From: Protoeuglena noctilucae
Lineage: Eukaryota
Direction of reading: 5' to 3'
Assembly (NCBI GenBank): GCA_958009085.1
Contig: OY253668.1
Location: 186,001-250,000 of the forward strand
Length of the DNA stretch: 64,000 bases
Of this stretch, positions 23,001 to 35,500 are shown piece after piece. The notes under the pieces are model-generated. The model ran no database searches. It had not been told where the DNA came from and saw only the letters and a program-made list of their open reading frames with translations. Position 1 is the stretch's first letter, and every line of letters begins with the position of its first letter. Both the position numbers and the translations under genes were made by a program.

Positions 23001-26000
23001 CACCGCCATCGCCACCAAACCCTCACATCCGCAGCCCCCTCACCTGTCCTCCATCACGCCCGACTCGACTGCCTCGATCAAGTACGCCACCACCGCCACA
23101 TGTGCCGCAGCGCGGAGTTTCCACGACACCCCCGCCCCCTCCGCCCCCGCCTCCCCGGACCCCAGCGTCCCGCTCTGGCACTCTGCCGCCAGCGCCAGCA
23201 GCAACCCGCGACGGTCGCGCGACATGAGCCGCAGCTGCCAGTCCTGTACTTGCGCATCCCCGATCGTCGCCCCGCCACGCAACCCGCCGCCCCGCGCCCC
23301 CGCCACCTCGCCCCCGCCGCGCACGACCCTCGCCGCCATCGCATCCAGCAGCCGCGTCACGCCGTCCGCCCCCGCCTCCCCCACCAGTGACGGGGACTGC
23401 GATGCACCACAACACCACGTGCGTCACATGACCACCATCGCACGCCATCGATTGGTTGCACCAAGCGATCATCGACGGCATGGATCGACCAACACCTTCC
23501 ATCTCGCAAGCTCGAGCCAGCCCTCGCGCGCCGCGACCCACCTGTGCCGCCACCTCTGCGGACGGCCACCCACGCTGCCCCGCCGCCCGCACCGCCCCCG
23601 CCTCCGCCGGCGCTTTGACCTCGAGCAGACCCTCGTCAATGGCAGGCAGACCCTCGGGCATCGCGTCCGACAGCGCCGCGTCCACACCGCACTCGAGCGC
23701 GCACCGCGCCAAGGCCCAGCATGCGTCCTCCCACGTCACTCCGTACGCCAGAGCGTGGAGTGCCGACCCGGCCAGCACTCCGTACAGAGAAGCCTCCGCG
23801 GCGTCGGCGCGCTGAGACGGCGCTGCGGGGAGCAAGGGCAGGGCCGAGTGTGCTGGGATGCGGGTGCCGGTGCGGTGGTCGCGGGGTGCGGGGTGGTTGC
23901 TGGCGGGTGCAAAAGGCAGGACCGGTGGCTATGCATGGGGTTGCATGAGGATGTGAGACAAGGATACGACTCGCCTGTAGCGGCGCCTTCGCCCGCGCTG
24001 GCCAGCCGCGCCCTTGCGGACTCGGCCACCTCACGGCACGCGAACCGCCACAGCCCCCGCCGTTGCATCCCGACCTCGTCGCCCAGCACCTCGTCGATGA
24101 CGTCCTCCGCCGCTGCCGCCGCCGTGTCGGAATCGCGTGTCAGAGACTCGCTGGTCAGGGCGTCCGCCGCGGCACCCAGGGGAGTGGGGCCGTGCGGGCC
24201 GCATGCCAGGAGCGTGGCGGCGCGCCAGGGCTGCGGGGGCGCGAGCGGTAGCAATTTGAACACAGATGAGACGAATGCGGGGTGCGGGTGACGATCGGCT
24301 TGCCGGCACGCATGACGGCAGGGGCAGTGGGGATTAAGAGGTAGGGATGCAACCCCGCAGCCCCAGCCCCCGCCTTCCCCCCCGCTCACCTGCCCCGCCT
24401 CCCCCAGCACCCGCACGGCGTCCCGGAAGCGCCCGGCCCTGACGACGGTCCACACGGCGTGCATGAGGTTCGCGCTGTCCTCCGCGTCGTCAGAATGCAA
24501 GTGTCGGACGGGCTCCCGAGTCAGGACGTCCGGGTCGACCGACGCCACCATTCCACCGCGCTGGAGGGCCCGGGCGCGGGCCAGGGGATCGCCCAGGAGA
24601 GTCGCCTTGGTCGCACCCCATGCGCTGCGAGGGGGCGCCGGTGGACGCGGGCATGGGCAGAGAGTGCGGTGGAGGAGTGTGGGGAGATGGTGTGCGCAGA
24701 GGGTGCGAGCGGAGGTGTGTGGGCAGAGGGATGCAGACAGAGGGTGCAAGCAGCGCATGTGGCCACGCTGCACGTCACGAGCGCACCCATGGACGACAAT
24801 AGACGACAACCGCTTTCACCCCTACGCCGTCGTCTCTCCCCTCTCCTCACCCGTGGTCCGCGTGGATCCTGTCCAGCATCCCTCCACCCGGCGCCCCCTC
24901 CTCCTCCCTCAGCTTCTCATCAGCCAGAGACTCCAGCCACACCACCACCCGGGCCGCGTGCTGCAGGGGCCCTGGGGAGCCCAGGAGCGCCGCGATGGCC
25001 TGACGGGTCGTGCGGTGCGTCCCGGACGACGGGACCTGCGAACGACGGATGGCAGGTCGGAGTGGGCAAGGCAGAGATGCAGAGTCTCATCAACTCTGTC
25101 AACACTGTCAAACAGCCCCCGCTGTGCACTGCAGCATTGACTCCAGCCTTGATATGCATGTTCTTATCTAGAATACATACCATTAGCTATATCATTGCGC
25201 GCCCTCGCCTGCAACGCCTCCTCCAGGGAAGGACCGCCCGCTTCGGGTGTCGGCTGGTGCGGGGAGCGGTGGTCACACATGAAGTCCAGCAGGCGCCACG
25301 TAGCCGCTTCGGCGTCCAGTCCCGCGGACTCCTGCTGGAGCGTCTGGCATCGCGAGGCCTGCGTCACGCGCACACGCGCCAACCGCTCGAGTTCCCTGCG
25401 AGAGCATCGGAAGGTCCGGCCCGGATCGGCGGCCAGCGAACAGGGAGAGAATGAACAAGCAGTTGTAAGCTGGCCATCGCCCGCGCGGCGCCTGCCGCGC
25501 GTCGCGCGCAGCTCAGCGGAGAGGACCCCCGCCCTGCCGCAAGCGACGCACCGCGCGCGCTGCCGGGCAACGTCCTCCAGCGTCTGCACCAGCTCCGTCA
25601 GCACGAGAAGCGCGTCGCGCGATGCGGGGATCGGGGCGCCGGCGCCGTGACCGAGCAGCGCGGCCATGGCGGCGGCATCGCGAACCACTTCAGGCGCCCC
25701 CGACGCGCCGTCCGCAGGAGGCAGGGCCAGGTCGGTATCAACCTCCGCCTCTTCCTCAAGGATATCATCCGCGGCACTGTGGGCAACCGAAGGGCTTTTG
25801 ACGCGTCACAGCGTGCGGTTGATGGGCACAAAGGTGAGCCGACCTGCCGGGCGCCTCGCCGCGCCGATGGCGGGATAGAGGAGCATCATGTTGACGTGAG
25901 AGATGTGCGGAGCATACCCACCTAGCGCGCTGTTCGACAGGTTGCGCGGGGGAGCAGGGCGTTCGATGTGTGTCGCAATCACACTTCTGAGCGATCCTGG

Positions 26001-26299
26001 CCCACCTGGCATCCACGACGGCCGCCCATGGATCCACCACGCGCTGCAAAGGCGTCGCGTACGCCGCCTCGTCCACGTCCATCGCGCTGGCCGGGCTCCG
26101 GGCGTGCCGTGCCTGTTCGTCGCCAGCAGCTGGCCCGATCTCGCCGTGGCCTGGACTGCCGCACGGCGAAACGGTGGAATGATAGGTGTGGGCTCCGTGC
26201 TCGCAGGTTGGCTGCGTCTGACGCCAGAGCCGCACGCCAGAGCGGGAAAACCGTCAAAACGTCGCACCTTGTGCTCTCTGCGGCCCCAAGCTCGCCCAT
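20073..26299 (-). CDS. NUP107: Nuclear pore complex protein NUP107 (Nup84 family), many exons
   Basis: EAATWRLL, VDPD motif followed by LHSDDAED..LMHAVWTVVRAGRFRDA...GQ|PWRAATL, RGLWRFAC, EASLYGVLAG...WEDACWA. ATG at 26299; stop at 20073. Confidence 0.85.
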
Positions 26300-26457
26300 T
26301 TGGAGCACGAGCAGGATGTTGCGAAGAAAGCTCGCAGTCACATCTGACATCAGATGTGGTTTAGCGCAGTAGCTGCCGCGCATTGCATTGCCTGTGACCC
26401 TAGCAAGCCGACCGTGAGCGGCAGGATGTAGTACGGCGCGTATACACTGCGTGTGCG

Positions 26458-28582
26458 ATGTCTTCAACGGATAGCGAGCTGCCCAAGCGCCACGGGCATC
26501 ACGCAAGCGGTCTGGCCCGGCCAGGGTCGGACGTCACAGACCGCGTCCGTCGTGCCGTCGTGATTGGCATTCTCAGCGGCATCTTCGCCACCGTCCTCTT
26601 CCGTTGCTTCGTCTTACCGTCCTCGCGCCCCGTCGGGCGGCTCCCTGCAGCCCTCAGGCGAGCTATCGAGTCGCGGCGCCCCCCAGCGGTAGCACTACCG
26701 CCGGCCCCCCTGCGCTCGTCACCCAACATCTCGGCTGCCGTGTCAGCGCTGTTCGGCGTTTCCCGCAGCGATGGTCCCTCAAGCACCTCCGTCGACAGCC
26801 TCTTCCCCGCCCCGGCGATGTCGTCCACCGCGGGCACCACTCCAAGCGCCGTGGACGTCACCGCTCTGCTCGCCAGAATCGCATCGCTGGAGGCGCGGCT
26901 CCATGACAGCGAAACGGACCGCGAGAGGATGCGCGGCGCACTGGCATCCGCGACGCCGTGCCCGGCAACGGGACCCGACACACAGCTGGGCTCCCCACTG
27001 ACAGCGTCAGCGGCCTGCGAGGTGTCGGGCCTGGTACCCGATCGGCACGCACCCTGGGGCCCGAGCGAGGAGCGAGCGAGGCGCAATCCGGAGCTGGCCC
27101 GCATTCTCAGCGAGGTGGCGCCTGGGGGGGAGGTCCTGGCGTGCGTGAGCAACGGCAACCTGGCCTACGAGGGCGGAATGCTTGGCATGTGGATACAGGC
27201 GAGGCGCAGCCAGGCAGGGACTGCTGACTGTTTGGATGTGGATAGGGAGGTACAGCTAGGCAGGGGTTGTCGTGCGACATGGAAACAGGGGTACAGGCCA
27301 GGCGCAGCCAGGCATGGGAAGCTTTGTATCCAAACCGCCACGTGATTCTTCCCAGAACGTGCGTCAGTCTGGCGTGACCAACTTCCTCGTCATCGCCTTG
27401 GACCAAAAGGCCAAGGAGTTTGCGGAGCGCAAGGGCGCCCGGGCGTGGCTGAGAGAGGTGGCCATTACCGACAGCCAGAAGGACACAGGCACCAACCACG
27501 CCGTGTCGGCTCTCAAATTCACCATCCTTCAGGTGCGTGTGAATGGCGCGTGCGCATGCATACCACGCACTCTAACAACAGCGGCGTTTGGCCTGGCGCC
27601 CAGGCCCTGCACCGATGCCCACCATGCCACAGCTGCTGGTACTGGTGTTGACTGTCGTAGCCAGTTTCAACCTGCAGGACTTCCTGGAGCTCGGTTACAG
27701 CGTCCTTTTGAGCGACGTGGACATCGTGACGCTCCGGGACCCCTTCGGCCCTGGCCTGCTGGCGCGGGACGCAGACGTGGAGGGCATGACGGATGGGTTT
27801 GACGCCATGACGGCCTACGGGTGGGATGACGTGATGGATGATCCGAAGATGGGGTGGTCCAGGTGAGAGGAGTGAGATGAGGGTCGAGACGATACCGGCT
27901 AACAAACCGGGAAACACGCGACGCACCGGGAGGTCCCTAACATAACAAGTGAACATGGTTTGATGGCCGCCCCCTCAGGTACGCCCACACCATGCGCATC
28001 TTCGTAATGAACTCCGGGCTGTTCTACATACGGCCCACGCTCGCCAGTATGGACCTGTTGCGCGCGGTGGAGGAGTGGCTGGCACGAGAGGCTGCGTGGG
28101 ACCAGGCCGTTTTTAATCACGTCCTCTTCCTACCGTCCAGGTCAGAGACTGCAGCTTGAAAGCCTTGACGGGCAGAGCCTTGACGGGCGGCATGTCACCG
28201 AGTTTGTGGCTGGGTCTGCTGCGCCTGTGCTTACCCGGCGTCGAGCTGCTTCATGCACTGGCTGGCCACTGCGTGCACGCTGTATGGGTCAGTGTCACCG
28301 CTGTCGCATCGCCCAGCGCGAGCCCTGGCCGTCGCTCCCCGCAGACCTGGCAAGGTGTCCCCGCACGCCCACGCCCGAATACTCGACTACGAAGTGTTCA
28401 TGAACTCCAAGTACCTCTTCACTGTGCTGCGGCACGACGGGGCGGCGATGGCCCGGGCCAATCCCGCCATGATCCATGTGAACTACCACCCAGACAAGCA
28501 GTTGAGGATGCAAGCCATCGTGCGATACTGGCGGGGGGGTGACACCCACGCCTTGGACGGCTTTCCGGATGGCTCTGAGTGA
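26458..28582 (+). CDS. RRA: GT77 nucleotide-diphospho-sugar transferase, RRA-type extensin arabinosyltransferase
   Basis: Type II signal anchor ([15 protein letters not shown]); [13 protein letters not shown] (DxD); [57 protein letters not shown]. Confidence 0.9.
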
Positions 28583-29259
28583 CAGCGCTGGGGATGGCTA
28601 GGGCTGTCGGGGCAGCGGCGTGTTGCTTAGCGGAGCGAGGGAGCCTTGGGTCACCAGGCTGCTGCTGGGGACGGCGGATGTTGCGGGCTTGTGCCGTGCC
28701 TGCCGCGAGCGCATGTGACGCCGGAGCTGCGGCTGGATGACAGGGCTTGGTTGGTGCACTTGGGCAGCGTTTGCGCTGTAGCGAGCTTGAACAAAGCACG
28801 TGCTGTGCATGTCCCTGCCGCGGCTGCGTGCGCGTGCGGCTGGCGCTCGGCGCGGACGAGAGTGGGGCTCTCGTGAGTGGGGAGAGATCGCGGCTGGCGC
28901 TCCCTCGGGACGCGCTGGCATCGCAAGCAGACGTGCTGTGCCCGCCCCCGTGTGCGCGCGACTGCGAGCATGGCTGGTCGCGGCCTGCCGCATGCGCCGC
29001 CATCGATGCAGACAACCTGCGGCGCCGGCCGGCGACGTCCAGGAGCAGCGCCACCCTCGCGGCACGGGCAGGCTGACTGGCGCAGAAGTGTGGGTCCTCC
29101 TCACGGGTCGCGAGCGCCGGTCGCGGCGGCCACAAGGCAGGGTCGCTTGTCGGGGGTGGCTCCGCGAGACAGCATCAAGCCGATCGCGCTTTCCGACGAC
29201 GCGGGGGTTTCCGGGGATCCCAGGCGGGCTGAGCGACCAACGGGGACGGGCCTTTCGGA

Positions 29260-32200
29260 GATGGAGGTGAGCGGGGCGGGGCTGACTGCGCGGCATGTAG
29301 GCCGTAGAGGGTATCGTGAGGTGCGGGAGTCGTTTGCGGGGGCGGGCGGCGTCTGCGCGGGCTCGTCTGGCCTAGCAAGGTTGGGAGGCTTGGGAAAGGC
29401 TCGGAACCCCCGCCAGCGCACAGGAGGGGTATGTTGAGGTGCAGTAAGGTATACTGATATCATCGGCATGCGCGGGCAGCGAGCGACGCCGGTGGACGGC
29501 CCGCAGAGATGGGAGGCGTGGGCGGGCACGTCGTAGAAATGAGATTGTGCACCCCCCCGGGCAGCCCGCTCGAGCAGGCGCGCGTCCCGGGGACGGAGGC
29601 GTCGGAGGCGGCGTGGGCGGGGATCGGGTGATCGCGGAGGGCGAGCTGGAGGTGGGCTAGTCGCTGGGGCGGGGCGGGCAGGGCTCGGGGCAGCGGACGA
29701 GTGTGGCGGAGAGGGTGTCGAGGGAGAGCAGGCGAGGGGCGGCGGGGCTGTCGGGTTGCTGTCGTGTAGGCTGATTGGAACACTGTGGAACATCGCAAGC
29801 ATGGACACCGGCTCAGCGGCATGCGGGGCAAGGGTGAGGGTAAGGTGTCAATGCAATGGTGGCGTGGGTGTGCGCAGGGAGCGGTGCGTGGGCGTGGAGG
29901 GGCTCGTGCGGGGGCTGGCGGGCGTGGGCATGCGGGACGGCGGGGGCAGCGCGCGTGGGGCGGAGGCAGAGGCGGAGGCGGAGGCGGGTGGGCAGGGATG
30001 GGAGCGGGCGGAGGAGCGGTGGTGGGTGGCGCTGGTGTACGTGCTGGGGCAGCCGAGCGAGGAGCGGCGGAGGGCGGCGTGGGAGGCGGTGGCGGAGAGG
30101 GCGGAGATGTCAGGGGCGGGCCTGGAGCTGGGGCTGGAGTGGGCGGATGTGGAGGCGAGGGTGCGGGCGGCGGAGGGGTTGGCGGGCCTGGTCATGCTGG
30201 GGGCTGCGTCAGGAGTGGGCGGGGAGGTGCGTGTGTGGACGGGGGACGAGGTGGTGGAGGCGCTGGAGAGGGGGGGCGTGGTGGACCTGGGGGGCAGGGA
30301 GGTGGTGCTGCCACGCGGAGTGACGGTGGTGGGAAGGGGTGTGGAGGCTACGGTGCGGGACGGGACGGTGCAGATGCCACCCATACGGGCCGGTGCGTCG
30401 GAGATGGAACACTTTGCGCTTGCTGTTGCGGTGAAAGCCAAGCTGCGTCTGGAAGGGGTGCGTGTGGTGGGGTCCGGGATCGCATGTGCCAAGCGCGGGC
30501 ATGTCACGCTCGTAGACACACACGTGTCGGAGGCAATTAAAGGGGGGCTGGTGGTATCTGACCATGGTAGCAAGGGGTTTATCCAAGGGGGGCGAATTGT
30601 GGGGGTGAAGGAGAGTCACGGGGTGGGCTGCCGGGATGGCGCACATGTGGAGTTGCGGGGCGTGGACATTGCCGAGTGCAAGCAGTGCGGCCTGGTGGTT
30701 ATTGGCAAGGGTAGCAAGGCGGTCGTGCAGAGAGGCCGCATTGCGGGGTCCCAGGATTTTCACGGGGTGATTTGCAGAGAGGGCGGGCAGGCAGAGCTGC
30801 GGGGTGGAACGGTTGCCAGCTGTAAGCAGTCCGGCGTGGCTGTCGTTGACAAGGGCAGCAAGTTGGTAGTGGAAGGGGGCCGCATCGAGGGGCCCCAGGT
30901 TGATCACGGGGTGGCTTGTCAAGCGGGCGGGCAGGCGGAGTTGCGGGACGTGGAAATTGCCGACTGCAAGAAGTGTGGCTTGCTAGTTTCTGGGAACGGT
31001 AGCGATGTAATCGTGCAGGGTGGGCGCATCGTGGGGTCTCGGATAGATCACGGGGTGTTCTGTCAAGATGGTGGGCAGGTGGAGCTGCGGGACGTGGAGG
31101 TCACCGACTGCAAGAAGTGTGGCGTGGTGGCCGCGGAAAAGGGCAGCAAGGTGGTCGTGCAGGGGGGACGCATCGCTGGGTCCCAGTGGGGTCCAGGGGT
31201 GGCCTGCCGAGATGGCGGGCAGGCAGAGCTGCGGGACGTGGAGGTCACCGACTGCAAGAAGTGTGGCGTGGTGGCCGCGGAAAAGGGCAGCAAGGTGGTC
31301 GTGCAGGGGGGACGCATCGCTGGGTCCCAGTGGGGTCCAGGGGTGGCCTGCCGAGATGGCGGGCAGGCAGAGCTGCGGGACGTGGAGGTCGCCGCCGCCT
31401 GCAATAAGTGTGGCTTGCTGATTATGGGCAAGGGTAGCCAGGTGGCCATGCAGGGCGGGCGTATCGTGGGGTGTCAGGTTGATCACGGGGTGGATTGTCA
31501 AGGAGGCGGGATGTGGAGATAGCCGACTGCCAGCAGTGCGGTGTGGTGGTCGATGGCGCGGGCAGCAGGGCGGTCGTGCAGGGTGGCCGCCTTGTGGGGA
31601 CTTTGGAAGGTCATGGGTTTGCTTGCCAGAATGGGGCTCAGGCGGAGTTACGAGACGTGGAGGTTGCGGATTGCCAGCGCCAGCGTGGTTGTAAGCGACC
31701 TCGGTAGCACGTGCGTCGTGCGTGGGGGCCGCGTCTCACGGTGCAGGAAGGGACGGGGGGTGTTAAGTATCCATAACGGGCATGCCGAAGTGCGGGACGT
31801 GGAGATCACCGACTGCAAAATGGGAGCCCTGTTTTGCTACGCCGCGACCCTCTTGCATAGTGGGTGCGTGGTGTCCGGGTGTGGAGAAGAGTCGCTGGGC
31901 GAGGGAGACCGACAGCGCTGGATGTAGCTTGGGCAGCCGGGGCAGGGGCGTCTGTCGCTTAGCGGGTGTGGGCGACGGGGTGTTGGGCTGCTGTGCCTGG
32001 CTGCTGGCTGGCATGGCGGACGTTGTGGTGTGGGCTGCTCTTCAGCCTGAGCGGCATGGGCTGGGAGAGTATCTCATTAAAAGCGCTGGAGACAGTCTGC
32101 GCCAGTGAGGGAGGGAGTGGCTGACGAGGAAGTCAGTTAGGGTTTGCTGCGGGGGGTGATTCGTGAGATTGGGTTGCCCATGCCAGACAGGGTGGCCGCA

Positions 32201-32362
32201 AGAGTTGATGTCCTGCTCGTGTTGAATGCCTTTCGGCAATTGTGCCATTTACGAGGTATCCCGGACCTGACTTTCGATAGAATTGCTGGAATCGACATCG
32301 TGCCTCGGGCAGAGGGAGGGGACGGGGGGCATGCGGTGACGCACGTGCCCTTCTGCTGGTAG
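29260..32362 (+). pseudogene. Disrupted right-handed parallel beta-helix repeat protein gene
   Basis: About nine 48-aa repeats (ELRDVEVTDCKKCGVV...GSKVVVQGGRI...GVAC.DGGQA) in one long exon. Frameshifts near 31510 and 31681. In-frame stops in coding-like flanks at 29373, 29445 and 32138. Outer limits are approximate. Confidence 0.7.
31082..31390 (+). repeat. Perfect 144-bp tandem duplication (just over 2 copies)
   Basis: gagctgcgggacgtggaggtc starts at 31082, 31226 and 31370; the two full units are identical by eye. Confidence 0.9.
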
Positions 32363-32501
32363 GCTGCAATGTGCAATGCGCAACGTGCTGGCGAGCGTTG
32401 CACGGCTGATGCGCGGCTTTTGTCCGTGGAAACTGCCTGCACCAAATGCGAATGCCTGAGCGCGCGCGCAGGGGCTCCTCCCCTCTCATGCAAACCGTCC
32501 G

Positions 32502-35500
32502 ATGCAACCGTATGAGATTTACGATGCGTCGACGGACGAGCTGCAGGATGAGCTCGTGGCCTTGCAGGTCCTTTTGCCGTCCTGTGCGGCAGACGAGGCA
32601 ACCCGGTGCGTTTGAATCGCCGTGGTGCGGGCTGGTATCCCCGCATCGCGCGCGGTTGTTTCCGCCGTGCGCTGCGCCTCCTCCCTTCGCCCGCGCAGCG
32701 CGTAGCCCGCAGCCCGGCACCCTGTCAGGCCTTGCTGCATGCTCCTCCGCGCCGCCCGGAGCAGGCGAGGCGTCCTTGCCATCCATCTCACCGATTTGCA
32801 GGCTGGCGCACATGGTGCAGCTCATCGCTCAGGAGCTCGAGGAGAGGAGGGGCGCGGAGGACGTGTTTGCTGCGCTTCGCGACGACTTCGATTTCGACGT
32901 CGACCATGGCCCGGAAGTCGATCCGAGCGTCCCACACTGCGCAGAATCAACACTACGCATACGCGGAGAGGAGACCTCGTCGTCCCCTGGCGCCTCCGCG
33001 TCCCCAGCAGCGCCGCACAGGGCGCCAGGTGCTGTGCTCACTTTCACTGAAAGTGGGGCGATGCGGGGTAACGCCTGCGCCCGCGGGCCGCCGACAGAGG
33101 CTGTGGCGGGAGCAGGGGTGGTGCCGGAGGTGGAGACTAAGTTAGAGAGCAACGGGGAGCCTGCAGGAGCCACTGCCGCAGCCCCAGCCGCAGCTGCCGC
33201 GGCGTTGGAGCCTCCCGACGGGGGCGGCCAAGTCACGGGGACTGGGGACGAGGGCCGGGCTAGTGAAGATGCGGGCAGCGGGGATGGCGGCGGAGGGGGG
33301 TTCAGCGGAGCGACAGAAGGGCCCGGGGCGGAGGGGTGGGCCGTGTCCGCGCTGGCGGGGCTGTCTGCTGCAGAGGCGGCGATGCTGATGTTTCGGGCCA
33401 ACCAGCGGCGCGTGGCCAGGGCGAGGAGGGCGCAGGTGCGAGGGACGGGCGGGTGCTGGCGGGAGGCACTGGGCCCCATGAGGGTGGGCAAGCTGTGTGG
33501 TGTGTGGAGGTCGGGAAGCGTTGCTCGCCCTGGCTCTCTGAATGACGCTGAGACTGTGCCACCTGTGGCTCAGGGCTCGCAGGTTGGCCGGAACGCATCG
33601 ACCAAGAGAGCCAAGGCGGGCGTGGCGGGGGCAGGAGGGGCGGTTCAGGCCGCGGCTCCCGGGACGGCGACCAGAGCGGCCGTTCCGGTCGTGAAGGCCG
33701 ACCGCAGCGCCGTCGTAGCAAAGGGCGATGCGGGAACGAATGACAGGGTGCCTGGAGGCGCAGGGCCTAGCGCCACGGTCGATGGTGCCCCACAGGCAGT
33801 GGCGGGGCGTGTCTCGCGGGACAGCGACGGAGGCACCGTGAGCGGCGCAGCGAGCGTGGGTGACGCCGCGGATGAGGCTGGCGAAGACGGGCTCGAGGTC
33901 CCAGGGGGGAGCCCGGGTGGGCTGGGCACCGACGTTGGTGCCGACGAGGTAGGCACGGTGCGCGTAGTGGAGGAGGAGGAAGAGAGGGAGCCAAAAGAGG
34001 AACCAGCTCAGATCAGGGACGAGGGCAGGGAGACGGCGGGCGGGGAAGCGAGATGCTCAGGTGTGGGCGCCGAGGGCGTCAGTGCGCCTGGCACGCCGCG
34101 GCTGGCCGTGGGGCTCCGTTCCCCTCGCGTGGCGGCGGTGGCGTGGGAGGAAACGTCGCGCACGTCGCTTAGCCACGGGCCCCGGCCTGGCACCCCCGAC
34201 TCCTATGTGGAGCCTGGCAGCCCCAGCGAAGCATCGGTGGCATGGGAGGATGCCGAGGGCGTGCCAAGCCACGCGCATGGGGACATCGACCCCGGCGATG
34301 AGGTGGCGGCGGGGGCACGGCTCCGGGTGAGGGGCTGTTGGGGGACTGCAGCTGTTTGGTGGGCAGGGGAGGTCGGGATGACTGAGGGTCACCGGGGATG
34401 TGCCAGCCGGGTCTGGTGGAGTGTAGCGCCTCTGACGAAAGCCCAGAAGCTGCCGAGAGTCCTCCGGCCTGCTGCACGCTCTCTCGTCACACACGTGCAT
34501 GCATGCAGTCGCTGCGGCCGATGCGCGTCAGATTCTCCGCTCCTTGCAGGCGAGCCAGGGCCTTCCGGTCGTGCCTCTGACCGAGTGGGATCTGGGGGAC
34601 AAGGAAGGGGTGTGCTCGTGGGACGACGACGACGTTGACAACGGTGCGGCCGGGCGACAGCACGATGCACATGCTATGTCTCACCTGGGTGTCAGTTGTC
34701 CTTATCTCACCTCAACATGCTCGGGCCCTCTGTGCTCTGCTCCCGCAGACGACGCCATCACGGTGACTCTCATGCGGCAAGCCACGGTCGCAACGGAGGC
34801 CGGCAGGCTCGGTGAGGGCTGCACAGCTCACTGCATCACAACGCATGGGATGCCAGACTCTCGGCGGCGTCGCTCCCATGCACACATCGTGCTCTGACAC
34901 GTGGCACCATGCGATGATCCACGTGCATGTCAGTGACACGTGCTAACCGACCACGTGCATCTCATTCACGTTCTGGCCGACCCTTGACTCGCTCGTGACA
35001 CGCAGACGGCGCTCTGCTCCCTCGTGCAATGCCTGCCCAAGACCCTCTGGCCGCCGCCTGCGCGGACCTCCCACATGACGTGTCCCTCAGCTCACGCCCA
35101 CCTGCCGACGTGCCCTCCAACTCGCTAGCCGACGCACAGGCGGCCCCGCAGCTGGGAACGGGAGCGGCTGCGCCAAGGGTGGGCGACGCAGTCAATGCGC
35201 GGCCCTTTAGCGCCGGTGCAGCGCAGGGCACTCCCGTGTCTGCCCCAGCGCACGAGCCAGACGCCGGGCGCAGCAGTGTCGCGGACAGCACGGGGCCTGA
35301 GGCGTCGCTTGGCCCTGTGGCAGAAGTGGCCACTGCACCGACTCCACCTCCCGCCTCGCGTGCCCCGTCCCGGCCTCCCTCTGGCCTCGGCGAACGAACC
35401 AAGGCGAGTCCGCAGGCTTAGGACACTTGCACATCTCACCGGCAGAAGTCATGCCTCTTGGCGTGACCCCGTGGTCTCGTCAAAACAAGTCCTCGGCATT

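Noticed and set aside
22912..25454. Long plus-strand ORFs (459 aa, 331 aa)
   Set aside because: Antisense to NUP107 exons; the Pro/Arg/Ser-rich composition is typical of GC-rich shadow frames.
29373..32140. TAA/TAG read as Gln (non-standard code of some green algae)
   Set aside because: Conserved genes here end in TAG or TAA (for example 7146, 49342, 53380, 62632) and show no internal TAR codons in exons; the stops coincide with frameshifts, so pseudogene decay is simpler.
32379..32401. GCAACG...CGTTGC hairpin as a Helitron-like terminus of the beta-helix pseudogene
   Set aside because: Only a 6-bp stem, with no clear CTRR end or matching 5' terminus.
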